Source: an uncultured bacterium
GTDB taxonomy: Bacteria; Armatimonadota; HRBIN16
Reading direction: 5' to 3'
DNA length: 64,000 nucleotides
NCBI GenBank assembly: GCA_938027655.1
Contig: CALJAP010000021.1
Span: 15,879-79,878, forward strand
The translations under genes were made by a program, and so were the position numbers. The stretch's first letter is position 1; each line of letters opens with the position of its first letter. The notes beneath the pieces are model-generated. The model was not told the DNA's origin and did no database searches. It worked only from the letters and a program-made list of their open reading frames with translations. This document shows, in pieces, positions 21,067 through 31,591 of this stretch.

Positions 21067-22853
21067 GCCCCCTTTTTCTGCTCCGGCAACACCACGCGCA
21101 GATGCAGTTCCCGCAGCTGTTTTTCGTCTACCGGCGCAGGTGCACCAAAGAGCAGGTCCTGCGCGGTAGCGGTCTTGGGGAAAGCGATCACCTCACGGAT
21201 GTTCTCATCATCGGTGAGGAACATCACCAGACGGTCAATGCCGGGCGCGATGCCGCCGTGAGGGGGCGCACCGTACTCAAACGCTTCCAGCATGTGTCCG
21301 AAGCGAGCCTGCGTCTCCTCCTCGCTGTAATTGAGCAACCGGAATACTTTCTGCTGGATGTCGCGCCGGTGGATACGGATGCTGCCGCTTGCCCATTCCA
21401 CACCGTTGCACACCACGTCGTAACAGGATGCACGCACGCGGGCGGGGTCGGTATCCAGCAGGGGCAGGTCCTCCGGGTGGGGCATGGTGAAGGGGTGGTG
21501 CATCGGGTCCCAACGTCCCTCCTCCTCGTTCCATTCCACCAGCGGGAAGTCCACAATCCAGCAAAACGCCAGCATGTTCGGGTCCAGTAGCCCTAGCCGC
21601 TTGCCGAACTCGTTGCGCAGACGCGAGAGCACGTTCGCTACCACCTTTGGCTGGTCGGCGACGATGGCTACCATATCGCCTTCCTGCGCTTCGGTGGCGT
21701 GGCGGATGGAGGCTATCTCCTCGCCGGTGAGGAACTTAGCGATGGGCGATCGCACACCTGTTTCCATCCATTGAATCGTCGCCAGCCCCTTCGCACCGAA
21801 TCGCCGGGCGAACTCGGTGATTTCGTCCAGGTCTTTACGGCTGTACTGTGCGCCACCGGGGATGCGAATGGCTTTCACCTGTCCGCCGTTGTCCAGCACA
21901 CTGCGGAAAATCTGCGCCTGAGTGTTTGCCAGCACCGGGGAGAGGTCTACCAGCTCCAGCCCGAAGCGCAGGTCGGGTTTATCCGTGCCGTAGCGCGCCA
22001 TCGCCTCGTCGTAGGTGAGGCGGGGCCAGGGTTTAATCATCTTTTTACTGGACACCGACTCTACCACGAAGACGGTGAGCTCCTCAATCAGCTGCAGGAT
22101 GTCCTCCTGCTCTACGAAGGACATCTCCAGGTCCAGCTGCGTGAACTCGGGTTGGCGGTCGGCACGGGTGTCTTCGTCGCGAAAGCACTTGGCTATCTGG
22201 TAGTATCGCTCCACACCTGCCACCATCAGCAGCTGCTTGAGCTGCTGGGGCGACTGCGGGAGAGCGTAGAAATGCCCGGGATACAGACGCGAGGGTACCA
22301 GATAGTCACGTGCCCCCTCCGGTGTAGATTTGATAAGGATTGGCGTCTCAACTTCTATAAATCCGCGCTCGTTCAGAAACTGACGTATCAGGTTCACCAC
22401 CTTGTGGCGCAGTTCCAGACGATAGAACATCTCCGGGCGGCGCAGGTCCAGATACCGGTAACGCAGGCGCAGCGATTCGTCTACGTTCAGGTTCTCGTCC
22501 GAAATCTGGAAGGGCAGAGGGCGACAGGTATTCAGCACCTCCACATCGGATACCAGCACTTCAATCTCGCCGGTAGCCAGTTTGGGGTTTTCCAGCCCTT
22601 CCGGTCGACGCCGGACGGTTCCTTCTACCGCCAGCACATATTCGGCGCGCACTGTCTCGGCGACCGCGTGTGCTTGTGGGGCGGTGCTGGGGTCAAACAC
22701 CACCTGCACCAGTCCGCTGCGGTCGCGCAGGTCAATAAAGATAAGTCCTCCATGGTCGCGGCTGCGGTGTACCCAACCGTTGAGTATCACCTGTTGTCCG
22801 ATATGTTCCGGGCGCAATGTTCCGCAAAAGTGCGTACGTTTCCACCGTTGCAA
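21063..22853 (-). CDS. aspS: Aspartate--tRNA ligase
   Basis: 596 aa with N-terminal OB-fold anticodon-binding domain and class II synthetase motifs ([18 protein letters not shown]..., GGSIRIHR). Confidence 0.95.
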   Translation of the reverse strand: MQRWKRTHFCGTLRPEHIGQQVILNGWVHRSRDHGGLIFIDLRDRSGLVQVVFDPSTAPQAHAVAETVRAEYVLAVEGTVRRRPEGLENPKLATGEIEVLVSDVEVLNTCRPLPFQISDENLNVDESLRLRYRYLDLRRPEMFYRLELRHKVVNLIRQFLNERGFIEVETPILIKSTPEGARDYLVPSRLYPGHFYALPQSPQQLKQLLMVAGVERYYQIAKCFRDEDTRADRQPEFTQLDLEMSFVEQEDILQLIEELTVFVVESVSSKKMIKPWPRLTYDEAMARYGTDKPDLRFGLELVDLSPVLANTQAQIFRSVLDNGGQVKAIRIPGGAQYSRKDLDEITEFARRFGAKGLATIQWMETGVRSPIAKFLTGEEIASIRHATEAQEGDMVAIVADQPKVVANVLSRLRNEFGKRLGLLDPNMLAFCWIVDFPLVEWNEEEGRWDPMHHPFTMPHPEDLPLLDTDPARVRASCYDVVCNGVEWASGSIRIHRRDIQQKVFRLLNYSEEETQARFGHMLEAFEYGAPPHGGIAPGIDRLVMFLTDDENIREVIAFPKTATAQDLLFGAPAPVDEKQLRELHLRVVLPEQKKGA

Positions 22854-23011
22854 GGGTCACAACCTCCCATGATGCTGACTGAAGCAGGATTATTATACAC
22901 CGTTTTGGTTCCCCTGTCATCGTGGAGATTGGGTTTGCTTTTTGGTGCGGGCGTGCTACAATATCAGTGGGAAGACCGGCACCCTTTGCAGGCACATAGG
23001 AGGGATGTACC

Positions 23012-23566
23012 ATGCCGTACAAATTCAAGGAGCGGTGGCTGGATCGCGCCCTGCACCGCCGCCACTTCGAAGCCTTTGTGGTGTTCCTGATCATGCTGAC
23101 CGTGTTGGGCATGGTGTTGAATCTCTATGGCAAAGGCAGTGAAGCCGCCAACCGCACCGTCTGTCGTGCCAACCTTCGCCATCTGGTGCAGGCGCTGCGG
23201 TTATACGCCCAGGATTACGACGACCACTACCCTGCACAGACGCGCTGGGTGCGCCTGGTCTCCGCTTACACTGACAACCTGAACGTGTTCTTCTGTCCAT
23301 CGGATAACCGTCCCCGCCCCAGACGCGAACGCGCGGAAGTTGCGGTATCCTACTGGTACAGCCGCCCGCCGTCCGCCGGCGACGAAAGCTCCCTTGCGGT
23401 CTTTGGCGACGTGATGTACTCGAACTGGATTGGCAACCACGAGGACGGCGGCAACGTGGCATATCTGGATGGACATGTGTCGTGGCGCAACGTGGAGCAG
23501 TGGCAAGAGGAGAGGTTGCCTGTGGAACAGCTGGTACGGAAGGGGAAACGTCGGTCAGCGAAGTAA
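23012..23566 (+). CDS. H-X9-DG domain protein (DUF1559-like) with a degenerate N-terminal pilin-like helix
   Basis: C-terminal HEDGGNVAYLDGHVSW (H-X9-DG) plus NVFFCPSD and RLYAQDYDDHYP motifs. The N-terminus HRRHFEAFVVFLIMLTV lacks the canonical G|FTLIEL prepilin cleavage motif. Confidence 0.55.
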   Translation: MPYKFKERWLDRALHRRHFEAFVVFLIMLTVLGMVLNLYGKGSEAANRTVCRANLRHLVQALRLYAQDYDDHYPAQTRWVRLVSAYTDNLNVFFCPSDNRPRPRRERAEVAVSYWYSRPPSAGDESSLAVFGDVMYSNWIGNHEDGGNVAYLDGHVSWRNVEQWQEERLPVEQLVRKGKRRSAK

Positions 23567-23606
23567 CTAAGCATAACCACGCGGTAGAAGGGATGCACAG
23601 GAAAGG

Positions 23607-25109
23607 ATGCTGGCAGCAATAGACATCGGCTCTAATGGAATACGAATGCAGGTTGTCCGACTGGTGGAAGCCAGTCGGTTTGAGTTGGTAAACTACCAGC
23701 GTGCGCCGGTGCGCCTTGGGCAGGATGTCTTTTCGCTGGGCTACATTACGGAAGCCAGCATGGAGGCAACGGTGCAGGCGTTGACCCGTTTCCGCAGCAT
23801 CGTGGAACATCTTGGCGTGCCGCGCCTGCGAGCGGTCGCAACCAGCGCGGTGCGCGAGGCGGAAAACAGTGACATCTTTGTGGACAGAATTGCTTTGCAC
23901 ACAGGCATCACGCCTGAAGTTATCAGCGGCGAGGAGGAGGCGCGCCTTGTCCACCTGGCGGTGAGCAAGGTGTTGGACCTGAGGGAGAAGTACGCGGTAC
24001 TTATCGAAATCGGTGGGGGCAGCGTTGAGGTAACTCTCAGCTACGGCGAAACCATTCTCTCCAGCGAAAGTTATCGTCTGGGCACCGTGCGCCTGTTACA
24101 GAAGTTCGGTAGTGTCACAGACAACCTTCTCTTTTTTAGCCGCATGGTGTTGGAATACGCGGAGCTGGCGCGGCAACGCATCGACCGCGAAATCGGCTCC
24201 CAGAAGATAGACCTCTGCATCGGTACGGGTGGCAATGTGGACGCGCTGGGAGAGCTGCGGCAACGGTTGTTACGGCGACGCAGCAACGAGTTCATCACCC
24301 TCGACGAACTGGCTACCCTAGTAGAGACCGTCGGACAAATGCCCGTTCAGGAACGCATCGACAAGCTGGGATTGCGCCCCGACCGCGCCGATGTGATTAT
24401 CCCTGCGGGCATCGTTCTGCACATGATTGCACGCGAGACGCGCGTGCGCCAGATAACCATTCCACATGTGGGTTTGAAAGAGGGCATCCTCTGGGATATG
24501 TTGCCAGCTGCCATCGGGCAACGCCCCTCCATTGAGCAACAGGTAAAGGCTTCCGCCTTGCGCCTGGCGCAGAAGTACCTGATGGATATTCGGCATGGGC
24601 AGCAAGTAGCCCAATTGGCAGACAGGCTCTTTGAGCAGTCGGAATGCCTGCATCGTCTTGGGGGAGAGGAAAGACTATTGCTCTGGTTAGCCAGCCTGCT
24701 GCATGACATCGGGCAGTTCATTCAGCCAGCAGACCATGAAAAGCATGGCTACTACATCGTGAAGCACAGCCCGCTCATCGGTCTGTCGCCAGCGCAGCAG
24801 GAAGTGGTCGCTCATATCATCCGCTACCACCGCAAAGAGGCTCCTTCACTTCAGGACGACGGGTTCAGAAGCCTACCACAGAGAGACCGATTGACAGTAA
24901 TGAAACTGACTGCTATACTGCGTCTGGCGGATAGTATGGACACCAGCCGCACACGCGCGTTGACAGACGTTTCTCTACAGCCCACAGGGCGGAACGGCTG
25001 GCGCTTGCTGGTGGAAGGAGAGGGTGACCTGCTGCTGGAAAAATGGCAGTTGCGCAAACGCAAGAAGATGTTTGAGGATGTCTTTGGTGTGTCGCTGGAA
25101 ATCACATAG
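23607..25109 (+). CDS. ppx: Ppx/GppA-family exopolyphosphatase with C-terminal HD domain
   Basis: MLAAIDIGSNGIRMQVV actin-like ATPase N-terminus and HD motif LASLLHDIGQF...HEKHGYYIV. Confidence 0.85.
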   Translation: MLAAIDIGSNGIRMQVVRLVEASRFELVNYQRAPVRLGQDVFSLGYITEASMEATVQALTRFRSIVEHLGVPRLRAVATSAVREAENSDIFVDRIALHTGITPEVISGEEEARLVHLAVSKVLDLREKYAVLIEIGGGSVEVTLSYGETILSSESYRLGTVRLLQKFGSVTDNLLFFSRMVLEYAELARQRIDREIGSQKIDLCIGTGGNVDALGELRQRLLRRRSNEFITLDELATLVETVGQMPVQERIDKLGLRPDRADVIIPAGIVLHMIARETRVRQITIPHVGLKEGILWDMLPAAIGQRPSIEQQVKASALRLAQKYLMDIRHGQQVAQLADRLFEQSECLHRLGGEERLLLWLASLLHDIGQFIQPADHEKHGYYIVKHSPLIGLSPAQQEVVAHIIRYHRKEAPSLQDDGFRSLPQRDRLTVMKLTAILRLADSMDTSRTRALTDVSLQPTGRNGWRLLVEGEGDLLLEKWQLRKRKKMFEDVFGVSLEIT

Positions 25110-25124
25110 GGAGGGTAGACCGGT

Positions 25125-26183
25125 ATGGACAGCAATGCCTTCGGTTTACTGGACAAGGCGATACGGGAGCGCACGCGCGTTCTACGTGCGCAGGTGAAGC
25201 GGTGTCGTAAATCGTTCAGCGAGCAAGCGGTGCATGACTTGCGCGTTGCGATGCGACGATTACTGGCATTGATGGATTTTCTGGCGTTTTTCAGCCAGTC
25301 GCCAGCCCTGCGAAAGGCAAGACGTGACATCAAAGGTCACCTCGACGCCTTTGACACCCTGCGCGATACACAGGTCATGCTGCTGGAAACCTCGCAGCGG
25401 ATAACTGAGCTGCCCGCCGTCGAGCCGTTCCATCGCTTCCTGCAGAAGCAGGAGAAACGCTACCTGCGTCGTGCGCAGAAGGACATCAACACCCTGAAGA
25501 ACGGTTATGCGAAACCCCTGCGCAGCGCGCTCAAAACAGCGTCCCAGTACGGCGAGGACGTGCTGGCACCGGTGGATGACGCTTATCAAACCGTTTTGCA
25601 TCGGCTTGCCTTTGTGGACGAGTCCAACACGGCAACGGTTCACCGCGTGCGCATCGCCTTCAAACGCTTTCGCTACAGCGTGGAGGTGGTGAGGCCTCTT
25701 CTGAGCACCATGCCCGATGACCTGATACAGCGTCTCCACGACTACCAGACGCTGATGGGAGAGATTCAGGATATGGAGGTAATGCTGCGAAGTATTGACG
25801 AGTTCGCCACAAGGAATCAGCAGTGCATGATGGAGCCGGTGCGCCAGTTTTATCAGCAGAAGCATCAGGAGAGGGTGTCGGCGTATATCCAGCGCATGAA
25901 CGAGGTATACTCATTCTGGCGCACGGCGCCGGAGCGACCGTTACCGTGGGATGTATCTGCTGTTGCGGAAACGGTGGTTGCGCTGGCCCAAGGGCACGAA
26001 AAAGCTGCTTTCGAGCCGCCGTCCGAAGCCGGGCTTCCCTCTGAACCCGCCGAGGTAGATATACCGGAGGCACAGCCTGCCGAGCACGGCAAGGAAGGGG
26101 ATAGCGGGACAGCAGTTCCCGAAACAGATGCGGAGACAGTACCAGCCAGCGCATCGCCAGAGCAGGAGGAGGTCAGCGCATGA
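25125..26183 (+). CDS. CHAD domain-containing protein
   Basis: VHDLRVAMRRLLALMDFLAFF and RIAFKRFRYSVE are conserved His/Arg helices of CHAD, followed by an acidic C-terminal tail. Confidence 0.7.
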   Translation: MDSNAFGLLDKAIRERTRVLRAQVKRCRKSFSEQAVHDLRVAMRRLLALMDFLAFFSQSPALRKARRDIKGHLDAFDTLRDTQVMLLETSQRITELPAVEPFHRFLQKQEKRYLRRAQKDINTLKNGYAKPLRSALKTASQYGEDVLAPVDDAYQTVLHRLAFVDESNTATVHRVRIAFKRFRYSVEVVRPLLSTMPDDLIQRLHDYQTLMGEIQDMEVMLRSIDEFATRNQQCMMEPVRQFYQQKHQERVSAYIQRMNEVYSFWRTAPERPLPWDVSAVAETVVALAQGHEKAAFEPPSEAGLPSEPAEVDIPEAQPAEHGKEGDSGTAVPETDAETVPASASPEQEEVSA

Positions 26184-26686
26184 ACCTGTATCTGGTACGG
26201 CACGCTATCTCTGTACCGCACGACGCACCGGGATACGAGGACGATAGCAAACGCCCTCTGACCGATAAAGGAAGAGCGAAAATGCGCGATATCGCGCGCG
26301 GCTTGAAGGTGCTGGGGGTATGTCCGCAGCTTATCCTCACCAGCCCGTACGTGCGCGCCCGCCAAACTGCCGAAATCCTCAAGGAGGTTCTCGGCACGAC
26401 AGAAGGGCTGGTGTTTACCGAGAACCTGCTTCCCCTAGCTCATCCCGACCACCTGTGGGAAGAACTTCGCGCCTATGCGGGTGTCGACTCGGTTGCGCTG
26501 GTGGGACATGAGCCGAGCATCAGTGCGCTGGCGAACCTGCTGCTCGGAGTCAGCGGGCTGCAAATCGTGTTCAAAAAGGGAGGCGTGTGCTACCTCACCG
26601 TCGATTCCTTTGGCGGGGAGCCTCACGCTACACTGCACTGGCTACTGACACCAAGGCAGATGATAGCAATCGGTACGAAGAGATAG
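26180..26686 (+). CDS. sixA: SixA-type phosphohistidine phosphatase (histidine phosphatase superfamily, branch 1)
   Basis: LYLVRHAISVPH carries the RHG/A catalytic motif. The 168-aa size is typical of SixA. Its start overlaps the CHAD stop (ATGA). Confidence 0.7.
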   Translation: MNLYLVRHAISVPHDAPGYEDDSKRPLTDKGRAKMRDIARGLKVLGVCPQLILTSPYVRARQTAEILKEVLGTTEGLVFTENLLPLAHPDHLWEELRAYAGVDSVALVGHEPSISALANLLLGVSGLQIVFKKGGVCYLTVDSFGGEPHATLHWLLTPRQMIAIGTKR

Positions 26687-26694
26687 CTCCCCCG

Positions 26695-28806
26695 ATGAGG
26701 TTGGTGCGCGACATGGGTGATTCTAAGTCACGTCACAACTCTTCCCCACGCTACGTCAACAGGGAGCTCAGCCTGCTCGAGTTCCAGCGACGGGTTCTCG
26801 AGGAAGCTGAAGATGAGCGCAACCCGCTGTTGGAACGGGTGAAATACCTCGCCATCTTCGGCTCTAACATGGACGAGTTCTTTATGGTGCGCGTGTCGGG
26901 CATTCGCGAACAGATTGAAGCGCAACTGAACCAGGTGTCCCCTGACGAGATGAGCCTGCACGAGCAGATAGCAGCCATTCGCAGGGTCTCGCTGGAGCTG
27001 TACGGGCGCGCGCTTTCCTGTCTGCACCGGAAGCTCCTGCCGCAACTGCGTCGTGCTGGCATCTACGTTGTGGACTACCATAAGCTGACCCCCTCTCAAC
27101 GACAAAGAGCGGACCGGTATTTCAAAGAGGTCGTCTACCCTGTGCTGACGCCGCTGGCGCTGGACCCGGCGCATCCTTTCCCGCATATCTCTAACCTTAG
27201 TCTGAACCTAGCTGTCATCGTTCGGGATGCGGAAGGCACCGAGCGATTTGCCCGTGTGAAAGTTCCCAACACTCTGCCTCGCCTGGTACCGGTGAAGCGC
27301 TTCTCAGGGAGCAGACGCCCTGATGGTACTGCGCCCCACCGTCATTACTTTACCTGGCTGGAACAGCTGGTAATAGCGAATTTACAGGACCTCTTCCCCG
27401 GTGTGCAGGTCATGGCTGCCTACCCATTCCGCGTCATCCGTGATGCCGACATCGAAATCCGTGAACTGGAAGCCGATGACCTGTTGGAAACCGTCCAGCA
27501 AACGATTCGTGAGCGCAAGTTCGGCTCGGTCGTGCAGCTGGCTGTCGGCGAGGAGATGCCCTTCCGGGTGCGAAACCTGCTGATGCAGAACATGGAGCTC
27601 TACCCAACCGATGTGTATACGTTGGGACATCCGCTGGGGCTCAGCCAGCTGATGTATCTGTACGACACCCTACCCCGAAACGACCTCAAGTTCGTGCCGT
27701 ATCGTCCAGCCATACCTGTCGAACTGCAAGCCACCTTGCAGAACGACAGCATTTTCGATGCCATCCGTCGGGGCAACATCCTGCTGCATCATCCCTATGA
27801 CTCCTTTGAACCGGTAGTTCACTTTCTTCGCACTGCCGCACACGACCCAGACGTTTTAGCTATTAAGCAAACGGTGTACCGTGTGGGTAAAAACGCACCA
27901 GTCGTGCAGGCTCTGCTGGAAGCCGCAGAAGAGGGCAAACAGGTAGCGGTGCTGGTGGAGATCAAGGCACGGTTCGACGAGGAGAGCAACATCGGTTGGG
28001 CGCGTACGCTGGAGCGCGCGGGAGTGCATGTCGTGTATGGAGTGGTCGGGCTCAAGACTCACTGTAAGGTGGCAATGGTAGTGCGTCAAGAAGGCGACCA
28101 GATTCGGCGCTACGTCCATCTATCTACTGGTAACTACAACGCCACAACCGCTCAGATTTACGAAGACATCGGCATGTTCACGTGCGACGAAGACATCGGT
28201 TCCGATGTAACAGACCTTTTCAACTACCTCACCGGCTACTCGTACAAGCAGGACTACCGCAAGCTGCTCGTAGCACCTGTGAACTTGCGCCAGAAACTGG
28301 GCGAGTTAATCCGTCGGGAAACAGAACATGCCACTCGGGGAAGGGAGGCACATATTATCTTCAAGATGAACTCACTGGTGGACAAGGAGATGATAGACCT
28401 ACTATACGAAGCCTCGCAGGCGGGAGTACGAGTGGACCTGTTGGTACGCGGCATCTGCTGTTTGCGCCCAGGCGTCAAGGACCTCAGCGAAAACATCTGC
28501 GTCATCAGTATCGTGGGACGTTTCCTAGAGCATAGTCGTATCTACTACTTCTGGAACGGCGGACAGGAAGAGGTATACTTGGGCAGTGCAGACCTGATGC
28601 CTCGCAACCTCGACCATCGGGTGGAAGTGCTCTTCCCCGTGCAACAACCGGAACATATTCGCTACTTGCGTGACCGGGTGCTAGAGACCTACCTAAGAGA
28701 CAACATACGCGCTCGCCGCATGTTGGTAGATGGTAGCTATCAACGATTGCACCCAGCGTTCGGCGAACCGTGCGTCGATGCTCAGGCACAGCTGATGCGA
28801 TGGTGA
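26695..28806 (+). CDS. ppk: Polyphosphate kinase 1
   Basis: RYVNRELSLLEFQRRVLEEA N-terminus and full PPK1 architecture, including PLD-like C-terminal domains. The probable start at 26695 lies 9 nt after the sixA stop. The track start at 26587 overlaps sixA in another frame. Confidence 0.9.
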   Translation: MRLVRDMGDSKSRHNSSPRYVNRELSLLEFQRRVLEEAEDERNPLLERVKYLAIFGSNMDEFFMVRVSGIREQIEAQLNQVSPDEMSLHEQIAAIRRVSLELYGRALSCLHRKLLPQLRRAGIYVVDYHKLTPSQRQRADRYFKEVVYPVLTPLALDPAHPFPHISNLSLNLAVIVRDAEGTERFARVKVPNTLPRLVPVKRFSGSRRPDGTAPHRHYFTWLEQLVIANLQDLFPGVQVMAAYPFRVIRDADIEIRELEADDLLETVQQTIRERKFGSVVQLAVGEEMPFRVRNLLMQNMELYPTDVYTLGHPLGLSQLMYLYDTLPRNDLKFVPYRPAIPVELQATLQNDSIFDAIRRGNILLHHPYDSFEPVVHFLRTAAHDPDVLAIKQTVYRVGKNAPVVQALLEAAEEGKQVAVLVEIKARFDEESNIGWARTLERAGVHVVYGVVGLKTHCKVAMVVRQEGDQIRRYVHLSTGNYNATTAQIYEDIGMFTCDEDIGSDVTDLFNYLTGYSYKQDYRKLLVAPVNLRQKLGELIRRETEHATRGREAHIIFKMNSLVDKEMIDLLYEASQAGVRVDLLVRGICCLRPGVKDLSENICVISIVGRFLEHSRIYYFWNGGQEEVYLGSADLMPRNLDHRVEVLFPVQQPEHIRYLRDRVLETYLRDNIRARRMLVDGSYQRLHPAFGEPCVDAQAQLMRW

Positions 28807-29315
28807 CCCCAAGCGATTGGAAAGAGAAAATACTGAGCCTACCATTATGGGCTCTGCTATGCGTTGTCACCTGCGCAGGCTTGACGGTAGGGGTGGTGCT
28901 GGCTATAGCGGTATCCCGTCTGCAACAGGGCACTTTCGCACAAGTGACCGCTCTATCTACTGTGGGCGGCTTGGCGGTTCCTCTGATGACCGTATTCACC
29001 GTTTTCAAGTGGCTGTTCGACACGCTCATCCTGTGGATAGGCGTGCGGGTAACGGGTAGCATCGCCGGCGAGCCGTTTCAGGTGGGTTTTCTGGAGGGCT
29101 ACCGCAACATGCTGGCGATTACGATGTTGATGGTGCTGAACTCCAGCATTGTCTTATTGCTGGCACTGCTCACCGGCTTCTGGCTGCTGCTGGTGCTCGC
29201 CTGGTTCGTTGACTTGCTGATATTGCGCGCCTTCCTCGAGATGGACTGGTACGAGATATTCCTGCTGAACGCCGTGCTGGGCTTCTTCAGCTGCGTGACC
29301 GGTGGGCTGCTGTGA
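28800..29315 (+). CDS. Yip1/DUF1282-like small multi-pass membrane protein
   Basis: Four or five TM helices. The ATG at 28800 overlaps the ppk stop (ATGGTGA), suggesting translational coupling. Confidence 0.45.
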   Translation: MVTPSDWKEKILSLPLWALLCVVTCAGLTVGVVLAIAVSRLQQGTFAQVTALSTVGGLAVPLMTVFTVFKWLFDTLILWIGVRVTGSIAGEPFQVGFLEGYRNMLAITMLMVLNSSIVLLLALLTGFWLLLVLAWFVDLLILRAFLEMDWYEIFLLNAVLGFFSCVTGGLL

Positions 29316-31349
29316 CTACGGCCATGGGAAGGTTGGCGTAGGCAACTGCCAGAACCATGCGATAAGCGACCACATGCACGCCGAGAGAAACTCGCCGAAT
29401 ATCAACCCCAAGAAGAACGGACGTAGCAGGCGGAAAGTGCGCATCCCCCCATAGCGTACCAGAGGTACCTTAATCAGCCACGCCGCCAGCATCGAGAACC
29501 AGAAGACCACGATACCCCAGGAGGGTGCCATGGCGTAGCCTAACGGGTGCAGCGGGAACCCTGCGATGCGCCAGCGGAAGTAGCTCAACAGCGCGCACAC
29601 CAGAGCGCCGATCATCGCGAACAGAGGACCGTTGGGATACTCGCGCTGGGTGGGCACACTACCCATGAATGGTGCATTCTCGCGGAAGAACTGGATGCTT
29701 GCTGCGCTGTAGACGTAGCTGTACAGATTCACCGCGCCGTATTTGTAGGGCAACCACATCTGCACTACCAGCGCGATGGCGATGGCGAACAGTACCCCGC
29801 CCACCAGCAGCCAGAACACCCGACGCGCGCGCAGGCGTGCCTGCTCCGTCACCTTTTGCGCGTCCAGCAAGCCGGTCAGCAACATCCCGCGCAGGTCGCG
29901 CGTGTGCATCCCGTCCAGAAAAGAGAGCAACGTCAGCTGGCGCGCGCCTAACATCTGCCGCTCGCCAAAAGTGTAAATGTCCGTCGGCGTAAAGCAACCT
30001 TCCGTAATCAACAAACCACCCTCCGCCGTGCAACGCGACATGATGATTGCCTGAACAAACAGGTACACGCCAAAATGGAACAACGCCACCTGCCACGTCA
30101 TCCCGAAATAGCGCGCCCACAGCAGAATCACCAGCAGGCTCGCCATCAGCCCCCAGACCGCCACGCGGTAGGAGAACATCTCTCGATTCTCCGCCTCGTC
30201 GGGGGGGGCGGCACCGATCGCGCGACGCCACACATGGCGCAGGTGATGCCGTGCGCTGAAAAGAGTGAGTATCGCCAGCATGAAGAACGCCCCTGCCCCC
30301 TGATATGCCACATGCGCGCCGAAGGTGGCGTGCTCGAAGGGGATGTTCTCGCTATAGGCGGCGGCAATCGCTTCTTGAAACTTGCCCAGCAGGTAAAACA
30401 GCCAGAAGGAAAAAAGCAAATCGGTAGGCATTAGGTAGAAGAAGCCGATAGCCGCCGGAGAAATCCAGATAGCCCAGTAGGTCACCTGATTCCAGGGACG
30501 CTCCGTGAACAACGGGTTCAGGTGAAACATTAACGGAACCTCGGGCACCGTCGGAACCCACTGGTGCAAACCGTTCAACAGGAACAGCCCGAACGATACC
30601 GTAAACCCAGCCCACATTAATCTATTGCGCAGGAACGATTGCGGTTGCAACATCATCTCCAGAGGCAGTTGCACCAGCGGAAAGGAGAGCTTTTCGCCTT
30701 CCACCCAGTGCCTGCGCAGGATGACGGTCATGCAGAAGAAGGCGGCGTAGACAGCGAGTATCAGAATGAGCCATACGAGAAGTGGTAGTATCCACTGCGC
30801 CCATGGCAGCACCACGCCGTAGGGCAGTCGCTCGTAGAACCAGACCGCTACGTCCTGCCTTGCTCCCTTATCGGGATGCCAGGGTACGAGCGCGGGTGGA
30901 ATGTGCGGGAAGAAGAGCACATCCCAGCGGTTACCCGGGGCGTAGTAGTTGACCCCCACCAGCAGAGGCAGCCATCGTTCCATCAACCCTCGTGAGGCAA
31001 TCATCGGGGCAGGAATCATCAGGATGTAAGCCACTGCCAGTTCCGCAGGGGTTAGCTTCGCACGGGGAAATACCCAACCCAGCAGCTGGTTGCCAGCCAC
31101 CAGCACGAACAACACTCCCACCAGCGCGGGAGCCAGCTGCATCATCCCAATCTGGATGTTTTTCGCAATCAGCTCGCCGGCGGATACAATCACGCACAGG
31201 GCAACAATGCCTACAAATCCTACCACCAGCGCGCGCAGACGTACCGGCGGGGTTACCGAGGCGGGTTCACCTGTGCTTCGGGCCGTCCCCGAGGGGGCAG
31301 TAACCACTGCCTTTTGCATCGATGGATTTCTTCCTCCGATATATAACAC
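29316..31349 (-). CDS. Large polytopic membrane protein of unknown function, about 16 TM helices (paralog of the 1-312 fragment)
   Basis: 677 aa, highly hydrophobic throughout. The N-terminus is similar to the partial gene at the window start. Confidence 0.5.
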   Translation of the reverse strand: MLYIGGRNPSMQKAVVTAPSGTARSTGEPASVTPPVRLRALVVGFVGIVALCVIVSAGELIAKNIQIGMMQLAPALVGVLFVLVAGNQLLGWVFPRAKLTPAELAVAYILMIPAPMIASRGLMERWLPLLVGVNYYAPGNRWDVLFFPHIPPALVPWHPDKGARQDVAVWFYERLPYGVVLPWAQWILPLLVWLILILAVYAAFFCMTVILRRHWVEGEKLSFPLVQLPLEMMLQPQSFLRNRLMWAGFTVSFGLFLLNGLHQWVPTVPEVPLMFHLNPLFTERPWNQVTYWAIWISPAAIGFFYLMPTDLLFSFWLFYLLGKFQEAIAAAYSENIPFEHATFGAHVAYQGAGAFFMLAILTLFSARHHLRHVWRRAIGAAPPDEAENREMFSYRVAVWGLMASLLVILLWARYFGMTWQVALFHFGVYLFVQAIIMSRCTAEGGLLITEGCFTPTDIYTFGERQMLGARQLTLLSFLDGMHTRDLRGMLLTGLLDAQKVTEQARLRARRVFWLLVGGVLFAIAIALVVQMWLPYKYGAVNLYSYVYSAASIQFFRENAPFMGSVPTQREYPNGPLFAMIGALVCALLSYFRWRIAGFPLHPLGYAMAPSWGIVVFWFSMLAAWLIKVPLVRYGGMRTFRLLRPFFLGLIFGEFLSACMWSLIAWFWQLPTPTFPWP

Positions 31350-31439
31350 TTGTGTAAAACAGCCATAACGTTTTGAAAAAACAGGAGTAAAATCCTGCTG
31401 CTTCTTATTCTGCAGAAGGGGAAGAGTTCCTGCCGTGCG

Positions 31440-31590
31440 GACAGGACGAGGCTCTTGCTGAGTGGAGCAGTTCCGCTTGCTGTCATTCTGAAGAATCTCG
31501 GTATCGCGATGGATTGAGATGCTTCGCTATCGCTCAGCATGATAAAATGGATTGAAACGCCTTTTCGGGTCAGAACACGTATATCCAAAG
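31440..31590. repeat. Dispersed intergenic repeat, copy B (short form)
   Basis: GAGTGGAGCAGTTCCGCTTGCTGTCATTCTGAAGAATCTCG...GATGAGATGCTTCGCT...CAGCATGATAAAATGG matches the core of copy A. Confidence 0.55.
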
Positions 31591-31591
31591 G

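Noticed and set aside
21699-23090. 463-aa ORF antisense to aspS
   Set aside because: Same explanation: an antisense shadow of a well-supported synthetase gene.
26587-26694. N-terminal extension of ppk1 overlapping sixA
   Set aside because: PPK1 homology begins near SPRYVNRELS. The start at 26695 avoids a 100-nt out-of-frame overlap.
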